Assembly (NCBI RefSeq): GCF_000002075.1
Contig: NW_004797283.1
Location: 1,232,551 to 1,296,334 of the forward strand
Origin: Aplysia californica
Lineage: Eukaryota
Reading direction: 5' to 3'
DNA length: 63,784 nt
Below are positions 24,703-38,169 of the stretch, piece after piece. How positions within the stretch are numbered: position 1 is the first letter of the stretch; each line of letters begins with the position of its first letter. Below the pieces are notes generated by a model. It searched no databases and was not told where the DNA came from. It saw only the letters and a program-made list of their open reading frames with translations. The position numbers and the translations under genes were made by a program.

Positions 24703-27626
24703 TATATATATCAAGGAGCTTAGAACTAATGGAGCCTCCTCTCTCTCTTCGCGGTGGGGATCAAATATGGCGACTGACTGTGGGCTAAATCACGAACTGT
24801 GGCGTTTCTTTTTATAGAATCTTATCGGGCTGGGCCACGCTGTGGGGGTGGGTGGGGCGGGGGAATGCACGCAAGGAAGAGGGGATGGGGCTGGAATGAA
24901 AGAGGAGGGGCGGGCCTTGAGAAGGGACGAAGGNNNNNNNNNNNNNNNNNNNNNNNNNNNNNNNNNNNNNNNNNNNNNNNNNNNNNNNNNNNNNNNNNNN
25001 NNNNNNNNNNNNNNNNNNNNNNNNNNNNNNNNNNNNNNNNNNNNNNNNNNNNNNNNNNNNNNNNNNNNNNNNNNNNNNNNNNNNNNNNNNNNNNNNNNNN
25101 NNNNNNNNNNNNNNNNNNNNNNNNNNNNNNNNNNNNNGCTGACGGATAATGACAGGGAGAAAAAAAAATTATGTGTGTGATACGGACTGTTCAATTTTTT
25201 AAGAGTTTTATGTTATAATCTAGTTTAAAAATCAAAAAGATGTGTAAAATAAGAAGAAAACTTGTCGTCCGAGTAACATTAAATTATCAAACATACCAAA
25301 TTATGAAGATAATCTTTCAAGATGCTAAAATATTTAATTATAAGAAATGGATAAAAAATATACTTTTAAACTGAAGTTAAGATATATGATTGCATGATTC
25401 TAGGCGTGCGCCATAACTAACTTTATGTGTAAGGAATAGCGGACACAAAAGAGGGTCGATGTTTGCTTTATCTAATTGCTAACAGTATGTCTTGGTCTAT
25501 AAATAAAATTATTGATCACAATCATTTTGTTTCCTGGTTTTCCCAAAGTGGAGCGCACAATGATTTCAAATTTTTTTTTTTTTTTAAAGAGATAACAGCA
25601 CCCTTGGAGGTGTGATCGCATGCATGAGCGTGGATAACCTTTGAAGGGTTGGGGTTTTTTGTTCAGTAAAGTATGATATGGAGAGCAGCGTTTTATTAGT
25701 CCCTTATTACACTCCAGAGGGGGATAATTTATCTTAGTGATGACTCTTGTGTAGTAAAATTTGTTGTTGCTTTGTTTGGTTTATTTTTTAACAGTAGAAT
25801 CTTAAGTGAACCGGAATTATTGATTGTGGGATCTTAGGTGAAGACTGCAACAATAGACTTAAACCAAGCATAGTTCTATCCAACAAGACTCAAACTCTTA
25901 TCCACCCCACCCTACCCTCTCCCCTCATCTGATATGGTTTGGTGTTTCTTTAACATAGAAAATATTCATCATTATTGTTGTTGAGTATTGATTTCATGTT
26001 CTAATGGAGCCTCTAGATATCTACATTTAGACTACAGTAGCATTTAATTTGCACACACAAAGGAAAGCAATATCTTTAATTAAAATGTATAATGTGTATA
26101 TACATACACACTCATAATAATTAAATATACTCAAAATAATTATATATATTTATGAATAAGAATACTTTTAAACCTCAAGTCTTTCTGCTGGGGTGTTGTA
26201 TCTCTTTCAGCCTGGGTTGGCCTTGGCATGTAGCGCCGGAGCCAGCCTCTTATGAATATTAATGATTTAAATTGTGTTGCTGGGGGCATAGAAACACTTT
26301 CATTCAAATTTTTTAAAAGGGAAACAACTTAACTGTGAAAACTTCGGTCCACTGCAGCATCATATCGGTTCTTACACTTAAATACAACACAGGTGCAAGG
26401 CATTTTTACTAATTGACTTGCCTAATCTGAAGGACCTCAGAATAAAACCTTCTTTCTTATCTAGATTTCAGTGCCTTCATCGGGCAATCGCGCAGCGCAG
26501 GTAGCCCACGGTTCCGCCGCAAGAGAGGGCTCCTATCAGGCGTGCGGCGCCGCCAACAGAGCATCCTCCATTNNNNNNNNNNNNNNNNNNNNNNNNNNNN
26601 NNNNNNNNNNNNNNNNNNNNNNNNNNNNNNNNNNNNNNNNNNNNNNNNNNNNNNNNNNNNNNNNNNNNNNNNNNNNNNNNNNNNNNNNNNNNNNNNNNNN
26701 NNNATTTTGCCTTCACTGGTCTATGGCAGATAATTCACATTTCAAATCTGGTTTGCATGGTGACTACCACAGGCTCTAGAGTCATAAACATACCATCTTT
26801 GGCTGCAAACAAAAGATAATATATAGGCCTACATACTCCAAAAAAAGTAGGCCAACACTGGAAGAGTGAGCACAGCAAAATAAACCTTTTAACCATTATA
26901 TCAACTTTTAAAATAATTCTACGAAATGAAAAAAACTTGGCTTAGTAGACAGTTTGTTAAAATCTCATTATCACTTATGAGTGCAACAGCAAATAACAGC
27001 AACAGAACATGAACATCAATAAGAAGTTTTATTATTCAACTGAACTGTACTTTCTGTAGGCCTCCTATAGGCTACTTCTACAGAGACAACAAAGATACAT
27101 CAATGCAGTGATTGTGGTTGTACCAACTCGAATAACAACAAGAAACTCCATTGAAGCTTATTACCTAAGTGCATTTTATCTTAAGCAGTTATCACTGATA
27201 ATGATGACAGGTCTGAGTGACAAGTAACACTCATCAGGACTAGGTGTGACAGAATTTGATTACAAGATACCGTAGTGTGAGTGTGCTTGTGTAGAGGACA
27301 TTTCAAATTTGAGATTAGGATTTACTGGAATCGTTATCAGCTTAAAACGGCAAAATTACCATACGGCGTATGATACGCAAATAATAAAAACAATAGATCA
27401 ATAATTTTGCTGACAGCACACTTCTGTTTTAATTATTTTGCCTACAACTGACCCGACACTAATGAACTAGTTATTAATTATTACGGTTGTCAACAAGACT
27501 AGAAATGTGGCGTCCATAGTTTCAGGACCAGTTACTAAAATATTAAGAAGTAGAAACAATAGTTACAAGATAACACCATTATAACTTTCCACATAAAAAA
27601 TGTTCATAAGTTGGAAGCAGATTCTC

Positions 27627-27791
27627 ACTTGATTGTGCTCAGTCTGTTCAATTTATTCCATTAACCGCTACCGGTTTACAACTTTCCCAAAAGCCATTCG
27701 CAAACTGTCAGCCATGATTGTTTTCATTGGACACTGCCAAACTGTTTCACGTCTCACATCTCACATCTCGCGAGACTAGTCGATAGGCAAC
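27627..27791 (-). promoter_or_regulatory. Candidate ANKAR promoter and first non-coding exon
   Basis: TCTCGCGAGA palindrome at 27766-27775. X-box-like GTTGCCTATCGAC on the minus strand at 27791-27779. Donor CAA|GTGAGA at 27628-27627. Confidence 0.5.
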
Positions 27792-29074
27792 ACGGTTGTT
27801 TCTTTACCCTCTTCCATTAGATATATATATCTAGGCCTTATGATGCAGAACATTGGGAGAGGGGAGCATTAACAGTACTGTCTTAATCGATCATATATAT
27901 TAGAGAAAACCACGGAAAGAACCGAGGAAAAAATAATTCACTGTTTGCCACTGTTATTGTATTAGGTCGTCCCTTGATTCCATGCACATAACAATTATTT
28001 TATGTACTGAATAATAAAGTATAAACGCAAAACTCGCAAAGGACACCAGTAATTATTGTTGGTCAACTTTCTGCTCCTACTGTCATTCGCGTTATATGTT
28101 CTGCAATAATACTATTCCTTCTGCCGCCCCCCCCCCCCCCCCGTTTTTTTACTTCCTAATTCTTTGAATTCATCCTTATCCTCTCGCCATTCTTTTTCTA
28201 CCTATTTTTAATTACTTTCCCTCTCATCCGCTGCATATCTCCGTTCTTCCACCTTTTCTCTATTATTCTTCACCAAGGAGTTTACCGTAGTTCTAAGCTC
28301 CTTGTTCTTCACTTAATAATATTGTGCACGTCATGTATCTTACATCTTTTCTCATTCTGAGTTTCTTCGGATTGCGTTGATGTGGGTTTCTCCTCTCGTT
28401 CGTTTTTATTTTTTCCTTTCACTACATTGTATCTTTTTCTTTCGGAGGAGTTGGTTCGACTTTGCAAGAATTTTAATTTTTAATCCGATTTGTAGTGACG
28501 CTTCTCTGGGTGCGACTATATTTTTTAAAAGTATAAGTAAAGATCTTTTTAGCTTTCTGCTCCAAAGCATAAATAACACTAAGTTTTGAAACAAATAAAA
28601 AAAGGGGGGGGGGGGGGGGGTTCAATGTTAACTGCAACTAAGCTGATCCGTTTTCATTTCAGCTGTAGTTGAAGCACTTCCAGCTCACGGTTCATCTGTG
28701 TAACTACTCAGGTTAAAAACAATGTACATATAGGCCTTCCAAATAGGCCTATGCCACCCCCCTCCTTTTTTCAACCTTCTTGCAGTATACTGTTAATGCC
28801 CATTTCACTGAATTTCAGCACTTTAAATTAAGTAAGACACTAAGAGACTGGACCTCTGAACTAGCTCACATCAGTCTCCCGTAAACTAAATGAGTGCAGA
28901 ACCTTGAAAAAAAATCCCTTTAGGATTCGAACCCTGGCCATCCACATCGAAGCCCATTGTGATATTAACTGAGGTAGTTGCCTGCCATTTTTTTTTAGTT
29001 TAATTGAGCCACTTTTTTTCTATTCTCTCCATGGTGCCACAGACAATTTTTTTAATTTCCCCCTTTTTTGTTTA

Positions 29075-29255
29075 TTTTAGTAGGCCTAAGCATTTTAAAG
29101 GCACTTACAACCCAATAAGGTCAATTTAAGGGCCAAAGATTAGAGAATAAAGATTTTACAAGAGAGTAAAAAAAAAGAGAGAGAGATAAGGACATTAGAT
29201 GTTTGATTGGAAAAAAGGAGCAGACCACACCAGAGCACCCACCTACCATCCATGT
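29075..29255 (-). repeat. Interspersed repeat A (diverged)
   Basis: Reverse-complement match with more substitutions. Confidence 0.7.
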
Positions 29256-29499
29256 GCACGTTTCAACCAATTCTAACCACTTAGCTCTTACTCTTACTCT
29301 TTCACTACACTAATTCTTCTTGTTCCAAGAAAAAGGAAAAAGTTTAATCTTTTAGCCATGTATAATAATAAGCCTTATGACCATTGCTAAACTATAGGCA
29401 TTGTTGTGCTCATTTTAGGTTGTTTTTGGGTTGTTGTTTTTTAGTTTTAGCTAATAAGGGTTGCACCATATAGCATTTGCAACACAAATAGGTCAGTAG

Positions 29500-29870
29500 T
29501 AGTAGTGGTATAGGGTTTTACGGCGCTCGCAACTGCGTAAGGTCATATGAGCGCGCAAAACACTAGTTGTTTGCATTCGCAACAGTTCACTGCACGGTTG
29601 GTTAGCTTTTACTTTTAGTAGACTTTAATATGTTAAAATGTTTAAAAATCAATGTAGATATATATAAATTTTCGATCTAAAACAATTTTTCTAGTTAACA
29701 TAAAAATTTTAAATAGTATCAATTTCACTTTACAATTTGCCATAAAGGCCAATGGCCTTTATAAAATTCAAAATTCTGCTGGGAACAACGACGGAAAAAA
29801 TGTCTTGCAATTTTTTGCATTGATAATATTTCCTTCGGATCTCTCCAAAGTTACATGCGATGAAAAGAAT
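29500..29870 (-). mobile_element. Second 5'-truncated copy of the same I/Nimb-like LINE, nested in a repeat-A copy
   Basis: Encodes [43 protein letters not shown] and has the same 3' tail. The repeat-A 5' half is at about 29870-29945 and its tail at about 29440-29485. Confidence 0.75.
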
Positions 29871-30903
29871 GAGAGATAAAGGCAATAGATGTTGGATAGG
29901 AAAGAAGAAGAAGCAAACCTCACTAGAGCACCCGCCAACCACCAACATGCTCATTTTATTTGATGGTTTAAGCCATCCCCCCCCCCCCCCCCCCTATTTC
30001 CCAATTGCCCTCATTCAACCAGATGCAAATCTGCTTTATTGCCCACCATTTGAACAGGAAACTCAATGTTCCTTACAGATTTCAAGCTATTGTCAATGTC
30101 ATTAAATATTAATTTTACATTATGATGTCTTTCCATAAGTATTAATCGAAAAGAACACTTACTTGAGGTCTTTCTGCAAAATACATGTAATCCAAGAGTT
30201 TCCAACATCACCAACTCACACAAACACATTTATTTTTGTTAAAAGACGTTTATGTAAAACAGTTGAAGTTGAGGACAGCATTTATTCAAACTTTTATTCA
30301 AAATCACAAGTCTTGCAAAGTTGTATTGTTTTTTTCCAATGAGAAAGAAGAAATAAAAAGAATCAACTTTCTCACTATGTGAGTATGTATCCAAAACATA
30401 CACCAGAAATCCACTTATAGTCCATTAGTTTACTTTACAAAAGATTATTTGTTAGCCTTGTGAAACCAAAAAGTCAACTTTTTACAGAAGAAAGACTTAT
30501 CACCAAGTCGGGAAAACAGCCAGAAAAAAACAGTGAAATAAAAAGAAAAAGGAAGCACATTCTACAACGTATGAAAGCAAGTTCTTCCTTGAGAAACAAG
30601 ACCAAGACCAAAGTTAAGTGAGAGAATAATAGTAGCTTCTAACACATACTTGGACAATCTCTGAGAGATGAAAAAGAGTCAAATGCAAACCAAAGCATCC
30701 AATAGCAACACTAATTTAAGAAGCAATAACATAACACAGAATAATCCTGAAACCCCGCACAAAATGACTTAGTCCTCATCGCACCTTGATTTTTAAAAAA
30801 CAAACAAAAAACATTCAACAATTTCAAAATAAAGCATATTATAAACAAAACAAAAAAGCTTACCAATCCCAACTTGTCTAAACAAGGCCAGTAAAGTCAA
30901 ATA

Positions 30904-31723
30904 CAATGGAATCCACTTATAACGAGTCAGGAAAAAAACGAGAAGTCTGTTATAAAGACACTATTCTAAAACCCCGTTTTTTTTCTCTTCTTTACCTTTG
31001 TAAACAAAATACCGCTATAGCGCCATTAGACAAACACGCACATCGGTTATAGCGGAATATTGCTGCTGCTGTGCACAGAACATAGGTCAGTTATACATAA
31101 TGTAAAACCTCGCCAGTTGAGAAACTTGTTGGTGATCTAGCGAAACAAAGAATGGGAGAGCCCATGTGTGTCAACAATGAAGGCCGGAGCGACTGAGTCG
31201 GGAGGGTGTGGCATGCGCAGACAAGCAGAATGCGTCGCGTGATAGGTCAGTGTAAGCCTAGTTTAGATTATCAAGGCCTACCAAGCCTCTCACTTCTCCG
31301 ATGCGGGAATGGAGAGGTCACAGTGATTTGAATTTGATGGTTGGAACGAATGAGTGACGTGAACAAGCTGACGGAATGCACCGCAGGGTGTGGTGGGGTG
31401 GGGGGAAAACTCAGCGGGCGAGTTAGCCCAAAGCCCTTTCTTTCTGATCGCCAACCCCAAGCTGTCAGTCAACATCGCTAGATCTAGCTCTAGAGAAAGA
31501 AACCTGATTCGATTTTTTATCAAGTAAGACCTCAAGGTCATGTTGAAACAAATTCATCATCAGGGGAGATAGCAAAAGGAAATAAACAAAACACCAAACT
31601 CATACATCAGGCCTACTTTACAGTTTCCTTTGAGTTTATTGCTGGATCCCTTATAGCAAGAATCCTGCTATAAAGGACAATTTGCTCCGGTTCCCCCCCT
31701 CTCGTTATAACAGGATTCCACTG
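30904..31723. mobile_element. pogo/Tigger-like MITE
   Basis: TA|CAATGGAATCCACTTATAACGAG ... CTCGTTATAACAGGATTCCACTG|TA. Confidence 0.85.
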
Positions 31724-32179
31724 TACATTTCTGGTAGGAAAGGAGGTAACACTGAGTACAAACTTTTTCTTTCTAAATGATGAAAACACACTCTCTCGTT
31801 AATCCTCATGACCAGTTATACGGATAAAAACAGACTAAAGGTCTTCTTGAAAACAGACACATTCTCACTTCTTTTTCTTTACAATGAAGGAATGTCATCT
31901 GACATTTTGACAAAAAAAAGATTGAGTGTACATGAAAACATTCCACGCACAGCCATCAGTATTCCAGCCTGAAGACATCATTGTCAGACAAAATATCTTC
32001 TTAAAAAAGAGAGAGGTTCCCAAAACAATAGAATAACATTATCGACATTATGAGATGCACACATTTATATATATATGTATATACAAAAGTACATTATACA
32101 CAAGTTCAATAAGCTGATTCATATAGGCTGGCAGTTCCTCAGTTTTATCAATTAAATACAAATTGCTGAATTATTTTTG

Positions 32180-32620
32180 TTTTGTTTTAGTAGAGGTTTT
32201 ACGGCGCTCACAACTGCATAAGGTCATTTGAGCGCCAAGGGGTGGATGCCAACAGAGAAGTCCATACAGGGAATCAGACAGCTTCAACAGCACAAAATCT
32301 GCTTCGACTATCAAGGCACCCGGAAATGGAGGGTCACAAGAGTGTGACAAACATACAAAAGAAGTAGAGGGAAAATGACGATAGAAAGGATAAGGAAAGA
32401 AAAAAAGCAGTTTACCTGTTGCAGTTCAGGCGCAGTAATGAGCATGACATTGATGAATCAGCCCATTCACAATTTTACAATTCTACTGTGCATAAGAACA
32501 TGGTTAATGTCCCCACTTTGGGAATGGCCTAAAGACACTTCAGTCAGTAGCACCACCCAGGGGGGTAAATTGCTGATTTGTAACCCGTAGTCTACAACCA
32601 GAATTCAAACCATAGCCACA
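32180..32620 (-). mobile_element. Degenerate SINE with the same LINE-type tail
   Basis: Tail at 32180-32236, a pyrimidine-rich body resembling repeat A, and a B-box-like GGTTTGAATTC near 32600-32612. Confidence 0.5.
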
Positions 32621-32739
32621 TACAATATAATAGAAACAAACAGTCATATACACAACTTATTGTTTCACCACTGAAAAACATAAAGCAGATTTTTCAGCTT
32701 AGCAGAAGAAAACTGCGATATCCTAAATGGTGTCTGAAT

Positions 32740-33114
32740 CAGGAGTGTCAAACTCAAGGCCAGCGGGCTGCATCCGGATCCGCAAACAATTATATCTTGC
32801 CCACAAGAGAATCTTAGGTAGTCCACCCTGAGAATCTCCATAACACAGACCCTTACTTACTCAAAACACAAACGAACTTGTTGCCAAGAAAAGATGTCAA
32901 ATATCCAGCTCTGACAAATTGGCATATAAGAAGCACAAATTGGTATGCCTAGCAAGGATTTTTTTATTTTTTCAACTTTTGTCTGTTTTAATTCCTATCA
33001 TTGTTTAGAAAAGGCTTAGACTTCCACCGCTCAACGAGTGTTGATCTAGTTCAGCCCGCAAAGTTAAGTGTAATTTGAGTTTGGCCTTCTCAGTGACTGA
33101 GTTTGACACCCCTG
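32740..33114. mobile_element. hAT-Charlie-like MITE
   Basis: TIR CAGGAGTGTCAAACTC / GAGTTTGACACCCCTG; TSD degenerate. Confidence 0.75.
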
Positions 33115-34939
33115 CTGAAGGGTAAAAATTCATATGAACAAGTAAATTGGAAAAGACCCTTAGGGCCCTTTTGATTGGTGTATTATTTCAAACTCAGCTG
33201 AACTCTGTGTGTCAAAATATTAAACAATTTCTACGACAGTTCTAAAAAGAAAGTATGGAATTTTAAAAAAACTCAAAACACAATAATTGAACCACAAATG
33301 CTGAAACAGTGGAACTGAAAGTTATTGAAAAACAAAAGAAAACTGAAAAATGTAATAATCTTTCATGTTTAAGGTGGAAATTGTCCAATCAGACTTCATC
33401 AAATACATATACTATATACATAATTCTAAAAAGGCAGTTTCAATATCGCACATGCAGAGTGAAAAATTTGATTCTGTCTCTTCACACACCACAGTCTAGC
33501 TTTTAATTCATGTTCCCAAATAACAATGTATCTGAGAGTAAAATATCGGGTACAAATGCACAATTTGTGCCTTTCCAAAAACTCTCACTTCGTCAACTCA
33601 AAAATGTTTTCATCGTACTAAAGATGAGGTAAAGGAATTTTTTATTCCAAAGCACTGCAGTTACCATTGTTCAAAAAATGAAAATTTACTTCTAAATGCC
33701 AGAAAACACACATTTTGAAAAAAGGTCTTTGCCAGTTCACATAATTATTGTAGAACCTCTCAAGAGAAATATGCCGTCAGTGTCAATGCCCTCAACGTTG
33801 AAAATAATAACACACCTTTACAGGACTCTGAGCCTATTTTAAGACACACAGCCTTTCCTTACATTAACTGCTTCACAAGATTGAGCATATATATATATTG
33901 GTACGGTACATCAAAACTTATTTTGAGTTCATCTCAAGCAAAAATTAGCAAAATTTGGGGTACTGTAGGTTAACAATTTGCTTGTGACACCAATGACAGG
34001 ATTTCAAATGGACATATTGTGTAAAGTAGGTCACCGAGGCAAAGCAGAAACTGTCAACACAAGATGATGAGTACAACAATACATCATGGATTGAATACTT
34101 CACGACTGATCGATAACTGTCTAAAAAAAGACGAAATATCTGCGAAAGCATCTTCACACACCATCGATACCAAAAGATTTAAATAGGAAGACTGAAATGT
34201 TACACATTTTATGAAACATTTATTTGAATGAAGAAAAATGTGAAAATTGTATTGCACAAAATTCTAAAGATACGAGCAACCTTGTTTACGTTCTTATTTT
34301 TTAAAATTAATTTTTTTTAAACAACAACAAAAACAAGCACTATGTGGAAGAGAAGCAATGAAACCAATGTTTTCCCAAACTCTCAAAGATTCTGGTGACA
34401 TAATAATTCATGCATTTTATAGTTATGTGTTCCAAAGATTTTGATGAACAAAGCTTCCACGTTAAGCACTGAGCTCAAACAAGTACTTAAGTCTGTCAAA
34501 GTGCTTAGCACCGAGGACATAAAAGAGGAAAGATAATTGTACACATGCCTATATTGAAACTGAAAGAAACAAGTTCGGCCTTGCTTGTTTACGGAAAGAA
34601 CCAACAATGAACTACTTCTTTTTGCCAGATGTTAGCTACAAACATTACAATGTTACAACGAAACAGCTCCACAACACCGTGACTTTTCAACAAACTACTT
34701 TTGTGCAATCAGTCACCAGAAAACACTTAACTATTCAGACAATTAAGACTAAAATTATTCAGAAAAAAAGAAAATACAGCACAAGCGAGGACACAAGTGT
34801 TTGGGGGAGGGAGATGTGAGCTTTAAAAAAAAAGTTGTTTTGATGGCAAGTAAAGAGATTGTTTGTTCATGTTAACAGAGAAATTTGAAGCCATCCTATT
34901 CAAAAATGACTACAGCTTACTTTTTATCAGTGAATCTTA

Positions 34940-35381
34940 ACACAGCACGGCGGAATCAGGCACACGTCAATTTTTTAGCATTTAGAGTTATTGGTATAAT
35001 CCTGCAGCTTGTCCACACATCTTGCTTTTGATGAAAAAAAATACTGATCTATCTTGAAGAGAGAAGTCCCGATATTTGCCATTCAAGAAGGTTGTGGTCA
35101 CCAGGCTTTAGAGTTAAAAATAAGTGAGAAAAGGGCCACCAAATTTGGGGGACTTTCAAAGCTTGAGTGTTCTTGAAAACTGCAAATTTACATTTTTTTG
35201 CCTTTGATCAACATATTTTTGTAAAAATCTACACAAAAATGTATTTCTCAATGGATATAAAAGGTGTTAAGCAAAACAACAACAAAAAAAGCGATAAAAA
35301 TTGCCCAACCGATGGAAAAAATGTCCGTTCCATCTATTTCTTTATTTTGACGAGCGCCTGATTCCACCATGATGCCACAAT
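34940..35381. mobile_element. Family F copy
   Basis: Colinear with 2178-2630. Confidence 0.75.
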
Positions 35382-35639
35382 GTTAGGTTGAAGTTGCTTT
35401 CAAAAAGTTTTCTCAAGATGACTTCAGAATAAGATATATTGCAATTTAGACATCTTTTAGATGGATAGGCCTCTTACCAACAAATTCATCAGTTTTGTGA
35501 TAGTACAAATCTAATAAGCCTTGGTATGCAAATTCATGCATGTGTTAAAATGAAGGTACTGTAAAGCGCTTAAACCTGTACTGTACAGGAGAGGGTACTA
35601 TAGGAATTTTTCTCACCAGCCGTTAGGCTCTACGGTGAA

Positions 35640-37353
35640 ACTTGAGAACCGCTGTACCGGCCGCTGGTCAGTTCGCTGGTTACCCCCGCGAAAGTCAGAC
35701 ATGTTTTTCTAGCTCCGCTAGTGCTACTTTCATTCACTATTGTATACTTATATATTCTCTCACGGATATTCTCGGTCATTGAAGTTTTATCAGTTTCCAA
35801 GATCACTGAGATCGAAATTCTTTACAAGCTTTTTATTCTTTTATTAATATCACCAAAATTCCAAAATACTCTACCATTCTGTTATCGGCATAAAGCCATC
35901 TGCAACACTGGATCTGCAGTCAAAACTTTCAGTACCCGATACGATAGAATTACTTTGAGTTGACAATGACATCTGGCGGTGAAATTTCTCCTAAGTTTCT
36001 TTCTGATATATATATGGAAGATGAGTTTGCTGCTGAAAGTGCTCCGCGCAAGGATGATATATATTATAATAGATAACACCGCCCTTTGAAGCCTTAAAGG
36101 CCAATATAAAAATTATGGAAGAAATGAGGAAGGAATTAAATGCTTTAAAGTGAAAGAAATGCAACAGATCGCCATCTTCCTCCCAAAGTTCACCCACCTC
36201 TCACCCTCCCACAAGCCTCTCCCTGCCCAGTGACCACTCCTCGGACACAGATAAGTGGGAAAGCCAAGAGCGAACAATCACTGATGCTGGGAAGGTCTCC
36301 TTGGGTATATCTGAACTCTACACCAACCATTGACCTCTTTGCCTCTAGAATAAACAGGCAGGTCGAATGCTATGCCTCATACAAATCTGACCCAAAGGCC
36401 TTTGCCATTGATGCATTTACTTTAAATTTGCTAGCCTTTGATTTCATTGCTTTCCCCCCTTTTTCCCTTGTTGCCAGAGTGCTGCAAAAGATTCAAAGCG
36501 ATCATGCCACAGGGATGGTAGTGACTCCAAACTGGCCCAATCAGGGGTTCTACCCAGTACTGATGGGGATGTTGATAGACAGACCAGAGCCGATCTCAGC
36601 CAGAAGCAACCTGTTGTGCCTGCCATCATCACCCAACCAAAAACACCGACTTTACAAGTCACTGAAAATTCTCATTTGCAAAGTGTCAGGCAAATGAAGA
36701 TTAAAGCTTTTCACAGAGAGCAACAGAAGCCATCATGTCTTCATGGCAACCACAGACACGAAAGACTTATGCCATCTACATCAACAAATGGCCTGACTGT
36801 ACCAACAAGGAGCCTCTTACTCAGCACTGTGCATCGCGAGATCTGCCCTCTCCTGTGTACTAAACACCTCACAGAGTGTTACTTTCGGGAGCCCGCCCTC
36901 TGCGAGAAGACTTATGAAAGGGTTCTATGAAATCAGACTCTCTATTCCCACAAAGTCTAAAATTTGTACTTGGAATGTTGATAATGTGTTAGAGATGCTG
37001 AAAATTTGGTGGCCATTACCTGAAAAGTCAGTATGCTTCTAGCACTTCTCACAAGCCAACGTATCCAAACATTGCGTGCTTTAGACATTAACCATATGCG
37101 GTTAGCAGAAAAAAGCTGTACTTTCTTCATCTAAGATTTGTTGAAACATTCAAGCAGAGACTCGTATCAAGCCCCAATTGAGCTGCTGGCCTTTTCTCCT
37201 AAACCAGAGTTATGCATTGTGAAGCACCTTCCCTCCCCTCCCTTGTTCTCATCTAAATTATATTCCTATCGTGAAATTGAAAAGAAAAGAAAAACAAACA
37301 TTCATAAGCTCCCTCTCAAGTCTGACCAGCTACCGGTACCGCGGTTCTCAAGT
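35640..37353 (+). mobile_element. Internally deleted DIRS1-like tyrosine-recombinase retrotransposon
   Basis: ORF 36230-36697 has the DIRS1 methyltransferase-like domain (IDLFASRIN...DAF...AFPPFSLVARVLQKI...PNWPNQ.FYP). Broken YR frames follow: FSQRATEAIMSSW..TRKTY, GASYSALCIARSALS, RRLMKGFYEIR, MLLALLTSQRIQTL. A 32-bp inverted repeat lies at 35640-35671 / 37322-37353. No RT or RNase H motifs were seen. Confidence 0.85.
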
Positions 37354-37748
37354 CACACCTCCATTCCTGACGACTGTTTCCACAAAACTGGAAACAATCA
37401 TCACCTTACCAAGGTAAGCCTCGCTTGTTTCTCTAATTATCCATGTTTTTATTATTATTATATCATCATTACTATTATTACTATTATTATTATTACTAGC
37501 TTTTATCACAATAGCCATTAAAGCCACCATACAAAAATCTGACATGATCATATAATGGCAGTTGGAAAAAGTCAAATTACTTTTTGAAAAACTTTTTGCA
37601 CCTTAACACCTCCACCCCTCACCACTGCAACAAGTATACCTGAGGGCAGTCACTGAAATATTTTCTGACTAGGTTTTTAAAACATTATACACCTATCAGA
37701 TTTTTTCACTCTAACTTAGAAACCCTAAGCCCCTTTCGGGGTATGTAT

Positions 37749-37915
37749 GTTTTAGTAAGTGTTTTACAGCACTTGCAACATAACAGTAAGTACCAAAGAT
37801 TAGAGGTGTTACAAGAGAATAGCAAACACAAAAAAGGAGGAGGACAGATAAAGATGATAGATGTTTGATAGGAAAGAAGGAGCAAACCACACCAGAACAC
37901 CCGCCAACCACCCAC
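37749..37915 (-). repeat. Interspersed repeat A, downstream of the MAEA stop
   Basis: Reverse-complement match to the consensus. Confidence 0.85.
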
Positions 37916-38169
37916 GGAGTATGTATAAAATAGCGAGAAAGATCCTTTTATTAGGGTGCAGGTAAAGAAATAATCTAAGTTGAATCCATTCAGTCCAACA
38001 CATTTCCACACAACAATGCAGTTTCTGTCACAGATCTGATCGACACACAACATAGAGATGGCACAAAGTTTTGGTTGGTTCATGAATAATGCTCTCCTGC
38101 AGTTCCCTGTGCAAACCTTGGTCACTCGTCTCATGCTCTTCCCAGATCATCCAAGCCGTGGTCGGTGGC

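Noticed and set aside
36230-36697. Horizontally acquired bacterial or phage DNA methyltransferase gene
   Set aside because: The adjacent YR remnants and inverted repeats explain it as part of a DIRS1-like element.
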